A stretch of 64,000 nt of DNA from Betaproteobacteria bacterium (GTDB lineage Bacteria > Pseudomonadota > Gammaproteobacteria > Burkholderiales > Gallionellaceae): positions 6,723 to 70,722 of the forward strand of contig JAIOPT010000096.1 in the NCBI GenBank assembly GCA_021413765.1, written 5' to 3'. The stretch's first letter is position 1. Every line of letters starts with the position of its first letter. Under the pieces are notes generated by a model. It worked only from the letters and a program-made list of their open reading frames with translations. It was not told the origin of the DNA and did not search any database. Both the position numbers and the translations under genes were made by a program. Below are positions 1 to 11,008 of this stretch, piece by piece.

Positions 1-1
1 C

Positions 2-103
2 GTACTGTGGACGCAGCTCAATCGCCGCCGCATGATCGGCTTCGGCATAGGCTTAACGTCGCTCACGCTGCTGATTGGCTTTATCACGCAAGCATTAATG
101 TAA
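2..103 (+). CDS. 3' end of a membrane protein (possibly PepSY-associated TM family), partial
   Basis: Open frame from the window edge, VLWTQLNRRRMIGFGIGLTSLTLLIGFITQALM*, ending in a hydrophobic helix. Confidence 0.5.
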   Translation, partial: VLWTQLNRRRMIGFGIGLTSLTLLIGFITQALM

Positions 104-242
104 CGCCACTCCGAAAACGGAAACATGATCAGTTCATGAATGGCCTTGCTTAGTGTTTATTCCATATGTTGCGTGGAATAGTTGGCAAACTCAATTGGCG
201 TGTATCACATGAATATATCTATTGTGAAATATGGAGAAATGC

Positions 243-1256
243 ATGACCGAACAACTGAATCCGGAAAAAATCCTGCAAACAGGGATGGCGTTTTGGGCTT
301 CAAAGTCACTCTTGAGTGCTGTCGAAATGGGCGTTTTTACTGAGTTATCCCACGGCCCGAAATCCTTTGATTCCCTTAGCGGACGCCTTGGCCTGCACCC
401 CCGCTCAGCACGCGACTTTCTCGACACCCTCGTGGCGCTTGGATTCCTGGAACGAAATTCTGCTGGTTACGCTAACACGCCCGAGACCGACCTCTTCCTC
501 GATCGAAAAAAGCCCTCCTACATAGGCGGCATTCTCGAAATGGCCAATCATCGCCTTTATCCTTTCTGGGGCCATCTCACTGAGGCGCTTCGAACCGGGT
601 TGCCGCAAAACGAAGTCAAGAATGGTGCGGCTGGCTTTTTCGAAACTCTTTACGCCGACCCTGCTCGCCTAAAGGAGTTCCTCAGCGCAATGACCGGTGT
701 CAGCCACGGCGCCAACATAAAAATCGCCCACACCTTTCCTTGGGGGGATTACAGCACTTACGTTGACGTTGGAACCGCGCAAGGCGATCTTGCAGCACAA
801 ATCGCACTGGCAAATCCGCATCTTCGAGGCACGGGGTTTGATTTGCCGGAAGTGGCACCGATTTTCGAGGAATACGTTGCAACCCTTGGCGTCAAGGATC
901 GTCTGATGTTTCAACCTGGAGATTTTTTCAAACAAGACTTTCCAAAAGCCGACGTTGTCCTGATGGGACACATCCTGCATGACTGGGATCTATCCATAAA
1001 AAAGATGCTCATTAAAAAGGCATTTGACGCAATTCCAGCTGGTGGGGCACTTGTCGTTTACGAAGCTATCATTGACGATGATCGCTCGAAAAATGCCTTT
1101 GGGTTGATGATGAGTCTGAACATGCTTATTGAAACACCTGGAGGCTTCGACTATACCGGCAGCGACTGTACTGCCTGGATGAGTGAGGCAGGCTTCTCCT
1201 CAATACGAATTGAACATCTCGTAGGGCCGGACTCGATGGTGATAGCAATCAAGTAA
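243..1256 (+). CDS. SAM-dependent O-methyltransferase (family 2, with dimerisation domain)
   Basis: [11 protein letters not shown] motif, GDFF, ILHDW. GGAGA RBS before ATG 243 favours this start over 231. Confidence 0.9.
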   Translation: MTEQLNPEKILQTGMAFWASKSLLSAVEMGVFTELSHGPKSFDSLSGRLGLHPRSARDFLDTLVALGFLERNSAGYANTPETDLFLDRKKPSYIGGILEMANHRLYPFWGHLTEALRTGLPQNEVKNGAAGFFETLYADPARLKEFLSAMTGVSHGANIKIAHTFPWGDYSTYVDVGTAQGDLAAQIALANPHLRGTGFDLPEVAPIFEEYVATLGVKDRLMFQPGDFFKQDFPKADVVLMGHILHDWDLSIKKMLIKKAFDAIPAGGALVVYEAIIDDDRSKNAFGLMMSLNMLIETPGGFDYTGSDCTAWMSEAGFSSIRIEHLVGPDSMVIAIK

Positions 1257-1370
1257 ACCAGTCGCACAAATTACGTAGCTGGCCTACCCGTTGCTCAATG
1301 GACGGCGCTCAATTCAGCGGAACACGAATGAGGAGGGAAATTAAGAAGCACACTGTAGCGCGCCCCTTAC

Positions 1371-2342
1371 CTAATGATTTGTTAGCCTCCGCATTACAGA
1401 CGCATCGAGCCCACCCATAAATGATTCAACCGCATTGGTGTAACTGCCCTCGAGCCCTAACTGCAGATTGATATCTTCGTGGGAGAGATCTTGCTGCAGC
1501 ACACTTGCATGTACTTTAATCGATTCTGCCTCTGTGACAAACTCGGTTGCCCACGAGCATGAGTCCGCGTGACGCGTAGAACATACAGCCATAAATGGGA
1601 TAGCAGTTTCAGAAAGTATATGAAGGGGTGACGCAGCTCGCCAGTAAGCAGGATCTTTTCCAAAGGCGATATCATACAAATGAGCATGCTTCGCTTCCAT
1701 GATTTTCACCATGTCGAATGCAGCGCTGTCGAGCAAAATGGTACCAAGCCACGGTTTTGCTCCCAGCTTAAAGGCCATGTCGGGTGAAGCGGTTAGAAGG
1801 GCGACAAGATGCGCACCCGCCGAGTGACCCATCACAATGAATTTCTTAGGGTCTCCCCCCCACGATGCTGCCCTGCCTTGAGCTGCGGCAATTGCACTGG
1901 CAATATCTTGTGCCTGTTCTAATGGGTGCGCCTTGGGAAGTAAGCGGTAATTGGCAGAGATAAAAATGAATCCCTCAGATACCCAGCGAGCTACTTTGTT
2001 TTGAACAACATTTGATGCGCCTTTATCTCCCCAACGCCAAGCGCCACCATGCACCATGAAGATTACCGGTGCACCTTGTGCTTGTTGTTGTGGTAAGTAA
2101 ATATCCATGCGCTGCTGGCTATCCTTACCGTATGGAACATCGCTCATGAGTCGCACCCCGCTAGGCAACGACACAGGCGCAGCATGTTCGCTATCCTCAT
2201 TATCTCTTGCTTGTTGCTCCAAGCGATGCTCAATGATGCGGTCACGGATCGGTCCAGCATGCAACGGTCGCCACATAACCAACAACGCCACCATGAACAT
2301 GGCCGAGAGAAGCAACCTTCCTAGACTAATAAATGATGGCAT
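1371..2342 (-). CDS. alpha/beta hydrolase (esterase/lipase), probably exported
   Basis: HGGAW oxyanion motif, GHSAG nucleophile elbow, NYRL, hydrophobic N-terminus. Confidence 0.88.
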   Translation of the reverse strand: MPSFISLGRLLLSAMFMVALLVMWRPLHAGPIRDRIIEHRLEQQARDNEDSEHAAPVSLPSGVRLMSDVPYGKDSQQRMDIYLPQQQAQGAPVIFMVHGGAWRWGDKGASNVVQNKVARWVSEGFIFISANYRLLPKAHPLEQAQDIASAIAAAQGRAASWGGDPKKFIVMGHSAGAHLVALLTASPDMAFKLGAKPWLGTILLDSAAFDMVKIMEAKHAHLYDIAFGKDPAYWRAASPLHILSETAIPFMAVCSTRHADSCSWATEFVTEAESIKVHASVLQQDLSHEDINLQLGLEGSYTNAVESFMGGLDASVMRRLTNH

Positions 2343-2449
2343 TTTTATTCCTTTATGTTGATATATTTTTAAGCGCTGTTTAAATGAAATGCTGCGCCGA
2401 TTTTTGGCGCAACATCCCCACTCATGACTAGTTAGTGTATGAAGATTGA

Positions 2450-2767
2450 TTAATGCGAGTGAGCTTCGTTGTGCTTCATATCGTGGATTTTCTTGTTTTG
2501 CACATTCTGCTCATGTCTGATGCGCTTGCGTTCATGCGGAGTTACAGTACCGTCGGCTTTGGCTTTCTCTTCCATTCTTTGTACCTTGGCTTGCCCGGCA
2601 TCTAATTTGGCTTCTTCTTTTGGTGTCAAGGCACCGGATCTAATACCCTGATCAATGCGCTGCTCCTGCTTAGCTTCACGATTGTCAATTTTTGGGGTTT
2701 CGACGGCATAGCTGGATGCAGCAAATGCGAGGGTAATTGCGGTAATGCCAAATACTGCTTTGAACAT
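2450..2767 (-). CDS. small secreted helical protein of unknown function
   Basis: Signal peptide ending SYA, internal repeat G-x-[LV]-T-P-x-E, AGGAGA RBS. Confidence 0.75.
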   Translation of the reverse strand: MFKAVFGITAITLAFAASSYAVETPKIDNREAKQEQRIDQGIRSGALTPKEEAKLDAGQAKVQRMEEKAKADGTVTPHERKRIRHEQNVQNKKIHDMKHNEAHSH

Positions 2768-3153
2768 GTTTATCTCCTAAATGGTGGCGGCGTGATTGCC
2801 GTTGTAATCAATAACGCTCTACATGGATTGCAAGTTGACCGCATTCTGGAAATAGAGAACTGAGATAGAACAGATACCAAGAAGAATCTACACACAGGAA
2901 TTTCGGGAGCAGACAGTACGTCTGCATGCAGCCAATGAGACTCAATATACGCACAAAAAAGAACTCATTCATTTCGGCGCTGCCGTACCCAAGCATAGGC
3001 AGTGTTATACAATCTGCTCACTGCTTAAAATGTATGCTTATAGCAGCATCAGCTATACGAAATGAGTAGATATACCCATCAAGATTCCCATCAATTTTTT
3101 AGTAAAAACATGCTCGTTTCTTAATTTTTAATAGCACTGACCAGGAGATTTAA

Positions 3154-3543
3154 ATGACGATTGCCAAATGGTGTGTATTGATTGCGTGTTTTCTACCCTC
3201 AGTGACGGCGCTGCTACCCAAGATTAGTTCGCTGCGCCTGTCATTCAAAGACGGTAAATACGACAACAACAATCCTCGCGAGTGGGAATCCACATTGATT
3301 GGCTGGCAAAAACGGGCAATTGCCGCACACTCCAACGGTTATGAAGCCCTACCATTATTTATTGCAGCGGTGATTTTTGCCCAAATGGCTCAAGGTGATC
3401 AGGGTCGCATCGACATGTTGGCCCTAACCTTTGTAGCGTTGCGCGTGGTGTATATAGCTGTGTACCTGATGAATTTCGGCAACTTACGCTCGCTGATCTG
3501 GGGTGCGGCTGTGGCTACCAATATCGGTCTATTTTTAATGTAA
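3154..3543 (+). CDS. MAPEG family membrane protein
   Basis: RAIAAHSNGYEALPLF motif, DNNNPR, several TM segments, AGGAGA RBS. Confidence 0.88.
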   Translation: MTIAKWCVLIACFLPSVTALLPKISSLRLSFKDGKYDNNNPREWESTLIGWQKRAIAAHSNGYEALPLFIAAVIFAQMAQGDQGRIDMLALTFVALRVVYIAVYLMNFGNLRSLIWGAAVATNIGLFLM

Positions 3544-3768
3544 CGATGCAGGTCTTATTTAACTCTGTATTTGTAAAAATACGACTGGTTTTTGCTGAGA
3601 GCGCCTAATGGCGTGGGGTCAGCAGACACACCGCACCACTCACGCATCAGTCTGTATTCGCCCAGATATAGACATTACACCCTCCTGTGAATGCCTTCTA
3701 GGCGTTGTGTTTTGTTATATCGAAAGACAGATACAATCAAACCCATGCTCGATTAATCCACAGGAATT

Positions 3769-4977
3769 ATGCAACCCTCCCTCAGTTTACAACGCGAGAA
3801 CTACCTGTTGCTCACTCTCGCTGCCATTCAGTTCATTAACATTCTTGATTTCATGATCATGATGCCGCTCGGGCCTATCCTGATGAGTTCGTTCGGGATG
3901 AATACGCATGAGTTCGGACTTCTTGTTTCTTCTTACAGCTTCAGCTCCGCAATATCAGGATTGTTGGCTGCGACTTTTGTTGATCGCTTTGAACGTAAAC
4001 GATTGCTGCTATCCGTCTCTATTTTATTTGGACTATCAACTCTGGCATGCGGACTAGCCCCCGATTATTCCACGCTAATAGTCGCGCGCGGTCTGGCAGG
4101 CGTGTTTGGCGGCATAATGGGAGCGATGATACAAACTATAGTTGGCGACGTAATTCCGTTCGAACGCCGAGCACATGCCAGCGGCGTAGTTTCGACTGCC
4201 TTTTCGATTTCTACAGTTGCCGGTGTACCGCTTTCGCTATGGTTGGCTAATCACGTAGGTTGGCGCGCACCTTTTATTCTGATCGCAGGATTAGCAGTAT
4301 TGTTCGTTCTCATCGGCCTTCGCATCTTGCCTGAACTTCGCCAGCACATTAGTTCGGACAAGCGCGATCATCCTTTTGCTGCAATGTTTGCTGTGTTGGG
4401 TGATATTAACCATCTGCACGCCTTGCTATTTTCCGCGCTGATCATGTTTGCAGGCTTTACTGTGATTCCCTATATAACTCTTTACGCAGTAAACAACGTC
4501 GGAATTTCGCTGCATAACATTCCATACGTCTACCTTGCAGGCGGTGCAGCAACATTGGTTTCCGCTCGACGAATTGGACGTTGGGCTGACCTGCACGGTA
4601 AGGTTAAAGTCTATCGATTGGTAGCCGCCGCTGCATTGTTGCCATTGTTTGCAGTAAGCCAAATCGGGATCGTACCGCTATGGCTTTGGCTGATTTGTAC
4701 CACGACATTTTTCGTGCTGGTTTCTGGACGCACGATTCCTGCAATGGCCATCGTCACCTCAGCTGCACAGCCGAAACTGCGCGGCACCTTCATGTCACTC
4801 AACGCTACAATGCAATCATTCGCCATGGGCTTGGCCACCTCACTAGCTGGTTTTATCATCACACAAGATGGAGCAGGAAAAATCGTCGGGTATGCAACGG
4901 TAGGATATATAGCAATGACGGCGAATGTGTTGGCAATTCTATATGTATCACGCATCGTGATGCACCATCAAAAATAG
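3769..4977 (+). CDS. MFS transporter
   Basis: About 12 hydrophobic segments, motif A (DRFERK). Confidence 0.9.
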   Translation: MQPSLSLQRENYLLLTLAAIQFINILDFMIMMPLGPILMSSFGMNTHEFGLLVSSYSFSSAISGLLAATFVDRFERKRLLLSVSILFGLSTLACGLAPDYSTLIVARGLAGVFGGIMGAMIQTIVGDVIPFERRAHASGVVSTAFSISTVAGVPLSLWLANHVGWRAPFILIAGLAVLFVLIGLRILPELRQHISSDKRDHPFAAMFAVLGDINHLHALLFSALIMFAGFTVIPYITLYAVNNVGISLHNIPYVYLAGGAATLVSARRIGRWADLHGKVKVYRLVAAAALLPLFAVSQIGIVPLWLWLICTTTFFVLVSGRTIPAMAIVTSAAQPKLRGTFMSLNATMQSFAMGLATSLAGFIITQDGAGKIVGYATVGYIAMTANVLAILYVSRIVMHHQK

Positions 4978-5088
4978 ATTGTGCTTCTACTAAGACGACC
5001 CTGGCCATATCCATCTGCGCCTAGCGCTTCGATAGGCCTCTCCACCAAACCATGCTGAAGTAGTTAATTTTTAATCAAAAGGTAACCA

Positions 5089-6045
5089 ATGAAGACGCTC
5101 TCATTTTTGAACGGTGACCAAATGCCCATTTTGGGCCTCGGTACATGGAAGTCAAAGCCTGGCGAGGTTTATGCAGCAATGAAGGAAGCAATTCGCATCG
5201 GATATCGGCACATCGATTGCGCCATGATCTATGGCAATGAGGTGGAGATCGGCAACGCGATCCGCGATGCGATCAACGAGGGCCAGGTGACACGCAAGGC
5301 ACTTTGGGTCACATCCAAGTTATGGGGCAACGCCCTCGGCCGCGATAACGTAGCAGGCGCACTCAAGAAGACGCTCCAGGATCTCGGCCTCGATTACCTC
5401 GACCTTTACCTGATTCACTGGCCGATCCCGCTCAAACCAAGTGCGGTTTTTCCAAGCTCTGCGGCGGATTTTGAATCCCCGGCGGAGGTTCCAATCCAGT
5501 CGACCTGGGAGGGAATGGAAGCCGCCGTCAAATCCGGATTGACGCGCCACATCGGCGTTTCCAACTTCTCTGCCAAGAAAATTCGCGATCTCCTGCCCCA
5601 CTGCAAGATTAAACCAGAGGTCAATCAGGTGGAGCTCCATCCTCTACTCCAGCAGCCCGAACTCGTTAAATACTGCGCTTCACAGGGTATCCACATAACC
5701 GCTTATTCACCACTTGGATCATCGGATCGGCCTGAATTTGTCAAAGCGGCCGATGCGCCGGTATTGCTTGATAACCCGGTGATAAGGTCAATCGCCGACG
5801 GTCGCAGTTGCACACCCGCTCAGGTCTTGCTCGCTTGGCACGTCCAGCGCGGGATTTCTGTCATTCCGAAGTCGGTTACCCCATCACGACTCCGTGAGAA
5901 TTTTGCGGCAGCGGAGATTGAGCTTAGTCCGACAGATCTTGAACGGATCGCTGGCCTCGATCAAAACTACCGCCTCATCGATGGTTCGTACTGTGTCATG
6001 GAAGGTGGTCCATGGACTGTCCAGATAATTTGGGACGAGCAATGA
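5089..6045 (+). CDS. aldo/keto reductase
   Basis: GYRHIDCAMIYGNE, DYLDLYLIHWP, IGVSNF, IPKS. Confidence 0.93.
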   Translation: MKTLSFLNGDQMPILGLGTWKSKPGEVYAAMKEAIRIGYRHIDCAMIYGNEVEIGNAIRDAINEGQVTRKALWVTSKLWGNALGRDNVAGALKKTLQDLGLDYLDLYLIHWPIPLKPSAVFPSSAADFESPAEVPIQSTWEGMEAAVKSGLTRHIGVSNFSAKKIRDLLPHCKIKPEVNQVELHPLLQQPELVKYCASQGIHITAYSPLGSSDRPEFVKAADAPVLLDNPVIRSIADGRSCTPAQVLLAWHVQRGISVIPKSVTPSRLRENFAAAEIELSPTDLERIAGLDQNYRLIDGSYCVMEGGPWTVQIIWDEQ

Positions 6046-6168
6046 ACCCATTGCGAGTCTAGTCGCTCAGCGCAGGATACTCATTGCACTTCATATGTGA
6101 ATTCGCGCTGCCTAAAGAGTAAGGTTAGATTGTGATCGCGAAACGATCCATAATCTGAACAGTTTGTT

Positions 6169-6234
6169 GTACAACATTGCGCTCAAGCGGGACTGAGCAA
6201 AATTACGCAACCTCATAGCTCCATTACGTTAGCA
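6169..6234 (+). repeat. degenerate integron attC-like site
   Basis: GTACAAC...GCGCTCAAGCGGGAC...TAGCTCC..ACGTTAGCA, ~66 bp with AAC/GTT ends, just upstream of an AT-rich gene. Confidence 0.45.
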
Positions 6235-6256
6235 CTCATACAGAAAAGAGAGCGAT

Positions 6257-7108
6257 TTGAAATATAAAACTCAAACATTATTCCTTTCTCATGGTGGTGG
6301 CCCATTGCCGCTTCTTGGTGATGCTAGCCATCAAGAGATGATTAAATGTCTTCAAAAAATAACAACTAAAATCAATAAACCTTCGGTAATTATTTTAATT
6401 AGTGCTCATTGGGAGGAAAACATACCAACGATCACTTCAGGGCTAAGCCCAAATCTTATATATGATTATTATGGATTTCCTGAAGAGTCTTACAATATTA
6501 AATACCCTTGCCTTGGAAATCCTTTGCTGGCCAAGCAGATCCAAACAGCTCTTGGAAATGCGGGTATTGAGGCTAAGCTTGATGAGCAACGCGGCTTTGA
6601 CCACGGCGTTTTTGTGCCACTCAAAATAATGTTTCCTGAAGCTGACATTCCATGTGTACAACTCTCCCTTGTGAAGAGTCTTAGCGCTAGTGAGCACTTG
6701 AATATAGGCAAAGCTTTACGAAGCTTGGATGTTGAAAATTTACTCGTTATTGGCTCAGGTTTTACTTTCCACAATATGAAGGCTTTTTTTGCTTCGGAAA
6801 CCATCGAGACAAACGCGATGAATGAAGCATTTGAGAGCTGGTTAATAAAGACTTGTTCTAGTGACGAGATAAACGAAAGCGAAAGGGCGCAAAGGCTTAT
6901 TGATTGGGAAAAAGCGCCATCTGCCCGCTATTGTCACCCTAGAGAAGAGCATTTATTGCCACTGCATGTTTGTTATGGCTTTGCACAAGCACCTTGTTCG
7001 GAATATTTTGAATTGAGCATATTAAACAAAAAGACGAGCATGTATCTTTGGACAGCAGAATGCGCCTCGCTTAAGCAGGACTCGTCCAGAAGCAGGCGGG
7101 CTTATTAA
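6257..7108 (+). CDS. DODA-type (class III) extradiol ring-cleavage dioxygenase
   Basis: FLSHGGGP, ISAHW, RGFDHG, GSGFTFHN, HPREEHLLPL; TTG start. Confidence 0.9.
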   Translation: MKYKTQTLFLSHGGGPLPLLGDASHQEMIKCLQKITTKINKPSVIILISAHWEENIPTITSGLSPNLIYDYYGFPEESYNIKYPCLGNPLLAKQIQTALGNAGIEAKLDEQRGFDHGVFVPLKIMFPEADIPCVQLSLVKSLSASEHLNIGKALRSLDVENLLVIGSGFTFHNMKAFFASETIETNAMNEAFESWLIKTCSSDEINESERAQRLIDWEKAPSARYCHPREEHLLPLHVCYGFAQAPCSEYFELSILNKKTSMYLWTAECASLKQDSSRSRRAY

Positions 7109-7383
7109 CTCAACGACGAGCCCCATGAAATAAGCGCAAATTTCACGATCCAAAGTGCGACTTCCAGCAGTATCCAAGAGATCGCTGCAATGGTTACTTA
7201 AGGCTACCACTTGAGCATGGGCCGTAAGGGCAACTGCATCGTGGGATTCATGCAGACGGCAAAGTGGCGGCTCGCAAAATGAAAGTGGCCCAACAAGGTA
7301 ACTATACATTCTCAGAGAGTAATAACGATTTACGTCAGCGATGAAAGAGGGATAAACGGTAGCAATAAAGTGAAGGGGCAAAG

Positions 7384-8728
7384 GGTAGTGTCAGGAATTT
7401 TGTGTGTCTGAAGTCACAGTTAAATTTCAGGGCATCCTCAAACAGAATCCGTGAAGCGTTCACCGAACAGAATGGCGAATTGGATTTTGGCAGCACGCCA
7501 AGTAATAGGTGGCATCTTCCATTTTTTCGTAATATTGCGCATGGCCAGGTAGATCAACTTAAGTGCCGCTTCGTCGTTAGGGAAGTGGCCACGGTTCTTG
7601 ATTACCTTGCGTACCTGCATATTCAAGCTCTCGATGGCGTTGGTGGTATAGATGATTTTGCGTACCTCCAGCGGGTAGGCAAAGAAGGGAATGACTTCCT
7701 GCCAATGCCGCCGCCAGATTAGTGCAATGGGCGGATATTTCAGGCCTCACGGGCTGACGGAAAAGGCTTCCAGCGCAGCCGCTGCTTCGGCTTCGGTCGT
7801 GGCGCGGTAGATCGTTTTGAGTTCCGCCGCGACCGCCTTGCGATCTTTCCACCCCACGTAATCCAAGCTGTTGCGTATCACGTGTACGATGCAGGTCTGG
7901 ATTTGCGTTTGCGGGAAGACCGCAAAAATCGCTTCGGGAAAGCCCTTCAACCCATCCACCACAGCGATGAGATATCGCCCACACCCCGGTCTTAAGCTCG
8001 GTCATGACGCGCAACCAGAATTTGGCTCCCTCGGTTTGTTCGATCCAGACGCCGAGTATTTCCTAGGTGACATCCGGTTGCACGCCCAGCGCCAGATAAA
8101 CAGCCTTGTTATTAACGCTGTCTTCATCGCGTATCTTGACCCCGCAGGGCATCGAAGAATACCAACGGGTACATCGGCTCCAGCGGTCGATTCTACCACT
8201 CCAGCACCTCGTCCATAACCTCATCGGTGATGGTGGAAATCAGGTCGGGCGATACCTCCAACCCATAGAGTTCGGTCAGATCCCCCTGGATTTCCCTGAC
8301 CGGTAATCCTCTGGCATAGAGTGAGATCACCTTGTCGTAGCATCCCGGCAGGCGGCGCTGATGCTTGGCGATCAGTTGTGGTTCGAAACTGCCGTCACGG
8401 TCACGTGGAATATCCAGTGCCAGCCGGGTTTCCGTTGTCAGCACGGTCTTCTTGCTGCTGCCGTTCTTGTGATTACGAGAGGGTGTTGTTGCACCACGCT
8501 GCTGTTCAAGATGGTGATTCAACTCGGCTTGTAGCATGCGCTCCACCAGTGCCTTCTTGAGTTGCCCGAACAATCCTGTATCGCTGTGCAGGGATTGCGG
8601 ATCAGATGGATTTAGCCATTCAAGCAGCTTGTCCAGGGTGGATGGGTCTTGTGTCGTCATACGAGTCCTTTCTATTGAAACTCATTATCATCGTATGACT
8701 TCTTTCACACAAAAATTCTGACCGGGTC
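7384..8728 (-). mobile_element. IS256-family insertion sequence (decayed)
   Basis: Imperfect terminal IRs (GTCAGGAATTTTGTGTGTCTGAAGTCA vs reverse complement GTCAGAATTTTTGTGTGAAAGAAGTCA, 22/27) around transposase fragments. Confidence 0.85.
7438..8660 (-). pseudogene. IS256-family (mutator-type) transposase, interrupted
   Basis: PRDRDGSFEP, VDGLKGFPEAI, QTCIVH and RGHFPNDEAALKL occur in separate fragments split by stops and frameshifts. Confidence 0.9.
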
Positions 8729-8740
8729 ATAATATTTTTT

Positions 8741-9229
8741 TCAGTCGCGAAAGTTTTGGTATTGCAGCGGAAAGTCAGTGATGGAAGTGCGTATCAGCTG
8801 GATAGCAGCTTGCAGATCGTCGCGCTTACCGCCAGTTATGCGCACCGTGTCGCCTTGTATGCTGGCCTGTACTTTCATTTTGCTGTCTTTGATGAACTTG
8901 ACGATTTTTTTCGCCAGTTCAATTTCCACTCCCACCTTTACGGTGCAGGAGCGTTTAATTTTGTTACCGCTGACCTTCTCGATCTTATCGCTAATCTCAA
9001 GACACTTGATGTCCACGCCTCGCTTGGTAAGTTTGGCATTAAGAATATCCTGTACCTGGTTCAGCTGAAATTCATTATCAGCGTGTACGGTGAGTACTAA
9101 CTCTGCCTGCTCTACGCGTGCGTCTGAACCCTTGAAATCAAAGCGCGTGCTAACCTCTTTGTTGGTCTGCTCGACTGCATTTTTAACTTCCGTCTTATCC
9201 ACTTCGGATACGATGTCAAATGATGGCAT
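8741..9229 (-). CDS. yajQ: YajQ family nucleotide/c-di-GMP-binding protein
   Basis: [16 protein letters not shown]-terminal NFRD. Confidence 0.95.
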   Translation of the reverse strand: MPSFDIVSEVDKTEVKNAVEQTNKEVSTRFDFKGSDARVEQAELVLTVHADNEFQLNQVQDILNAKLTKRGVDIKCLEISDKIEKVSGNKIKRSCTVKVGVEIELAKKIVKFIKDSKMKVQASIQGDTVRITGGKRDDLQAAIQLIRTSITDFPLQYQNFRD

Positions 9230-9319
9230 TGCAGTTCTCCTTAAATTTTATCTGCATTAACCTTCATTTTCAGACGGAGGAAATGCTTGATGAGGGGCGC
9301 TACGAGTGAATTCGATTCG

Positions 9320-9634
9320 CTAACCAAAACTGCAAACGTAATTGACTGCATCTTGTGCATGTATGTCAAAGCTGCTATTTGCAGCCACATTGAACTGCAT
9401 ACCGGCAGTGTAGGTTTTGGCAGCGGCATCGCCTGCTATTTTAACTTGACAGGTGCCACTGGTAATTTCCATTAGCTCCGGGGTGTTGACGTTAAAAGTG
9501 AGCTGGCTGCCCGGCATTATCACTCCGACGGTCTTGCGTGTGCCATCCGGGAACAGGACGGAGTGTGACACGCACTTACCGTCGAAGAACACATTGGCTT
9601 TTTTAACGACGCTAACGTTATCGAATTGGGACAT
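9320..9634 (-). CDS. ppnP: pyrimidine/purine nucleoside phosphorylase
   Basis: KANVFFDGKCVS, KTVGVIMP, ANSSFDI; usual position after argG. Confidence 0.9.
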   Translation of the reverse strand: MSQFDNVSVVKKANVFFDGKCVSHSVLFPDGTRKTVGVIMPGSQLTFNVNTPELMEITSGTCQVKIAGDAAAKTYTAGMQFNVAANSSFDIHAQDAVNYVCSFG

Positions 9635-9719
9635 GGGTACTCCTGATTGGGAACGAGATAATTTAATATGAATTATTCAGTTGTTTACAAAAATATAAAG
9701 CGTTTCGAACAGGTATTAA

Positions 9720-10940
9720 TTACTTCCCTAGCTTCGCCGCAATACGCATTCTAAGAGCGTTCAGCTTGATAAACCCGGCGGCATCCTTCTGGTCGTAGGC
9801 GCCCTTGTCATCTTCGAAAGTGGCGATGTTCGGATCGAACAGCGAATTGGTTTTGGAATCGCGTCCCACCACGATGACATTGCCCTTGTACAGTTTGATG
9901 CGTACCCAGCCGTTAACATTTTGCTGTGTGTGATCTATCAGCGTTTGCAGTGAGCGGCGTTCTGGGCTCCACCAATATCCGTTGTAAATCATACTGGCAT
10001 AGCGCGGCATCAAATCATCTTTCAGGTGTGCAACTTCGCGATCCAGCGTGATGGATTCTATTGCGCGATGTGCCTTGAGCATGATGGTTCCACCGGGGGT
10101 TTCATAACAGCCGCGCGATTTCATGCCGACGTAGCGGTTCTCAACCAGATCAAGACGGCCAATGCCGTGTTTGCCACCCAATTCATTAAGTTTGGTGAGT
10201 ATCTGGGCCGGGCTCATGTGCGATCCGTTGAGGCCGACAATGTCGCCGCGCTCGAACTCAATATCAAGATATTCGGCGGCATCTGGCGCTTGCTCGGGTG
10301 AAACTGTCCAGCGCCACATGCTTTCCTCAGCTTCAGCGGCGGGGTTTTCAAGATGGCGACCTTCAAAGCTGATATGCAGCAGGTTTGCATCCATTGAATA
10401 AGGTGATCCGCCCTGTTTATGCTTCATATCTACGGGGATACTATGCTTTTCAGCATATGCCATTAATTTTTCGCGCGAGAGTAAGTCCCACTCGCGCCAC
10501 GGCGCGATTACCTTGATGTTCGGGTTAAGAGCGTAATAGCCTAGCTCGAAACGCACCTGATCATTGCCCTTGCCGGTGGCACCGTGCGACACCGCTTCCG
10601 CACCAGTTTGCCTGGCGATTTCAATTTGGCGCTTGGCGATTAGCGGGCGCGCGATAGATGTGCCGAGCAGATATTCCCCTTCATACACGGTGTTGGCGCG
10701 GAACATTGGGAATACAAAGTCGCGTACGAATTCGTCGCGCAGATCGTCGATGAAAATATTTTCCGGCTTGATGCCGAACTGCAAGGCTTTTTTGCGTGCG
10801 GGTTCGAGTTCTTCACCTTGACCAATATCGGCAGTGAAGGTCACTACCTCGCACTGATAGGTATCCTGTAACCACTTCAGGATTACTGAGGTATCCAGCC
10901 CGCCAGAGTAGGCGAGGACGACTTTTTTGATTTCACTCAT
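9720..10940 (-). CDS. argG: argininosuccinate synthase
   Basis: [33 protein letters not shown]. Confidence 0.98.
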   Translation of the reverse strand: MSEIKKVVLAYSGGLDTSVILKWLQDTYQCEVVTFTADIGQGEELEPARKKALQFGIKPENIFIDDLRDEFVRDFVFPMFRANTVYEGEYLLGTSIARPLIAKRQIEIARQTGAEAVSHGATGKGNDQVRFELGYYALNPNIKVIAPWREWDLLSREKLMAYAEKHSIPVDMKHKQGGSPYSMDANLLHISFEGRHLENPAAEAEESMWRWTVSPEQAPDAAEYLDIEFERGDIVGLNGSHMSPAQILTKLNELGGKHGIGRLDLVENRYVGMKSRGCYETPGGTIMLKAHRAIESITLDREVAHLKDDLMPRYASMIYNGYWWSPERRSLQTLIDHTQQNVNGWVRIKLYKGNVIVVGRDSKTNSLFDPNIATFEDDKGAYDQKDAAGFIKLNALRMRIAAKLGK

Positions 10941-11008
10941 TTCATTTTTCTCTGTTTAATAAACTACCAATGAAAATAGGGCGCATAAGCACACCCGCAT
11001 TTTTGCTT

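Noticed and set aside
8741-9229. YajQ as receptor for the Kai-linked c-di-GMP enzyme
   Set aside because: It is in its usual core position after argG-ppnP, ~17 kb away; no evidence of linkage
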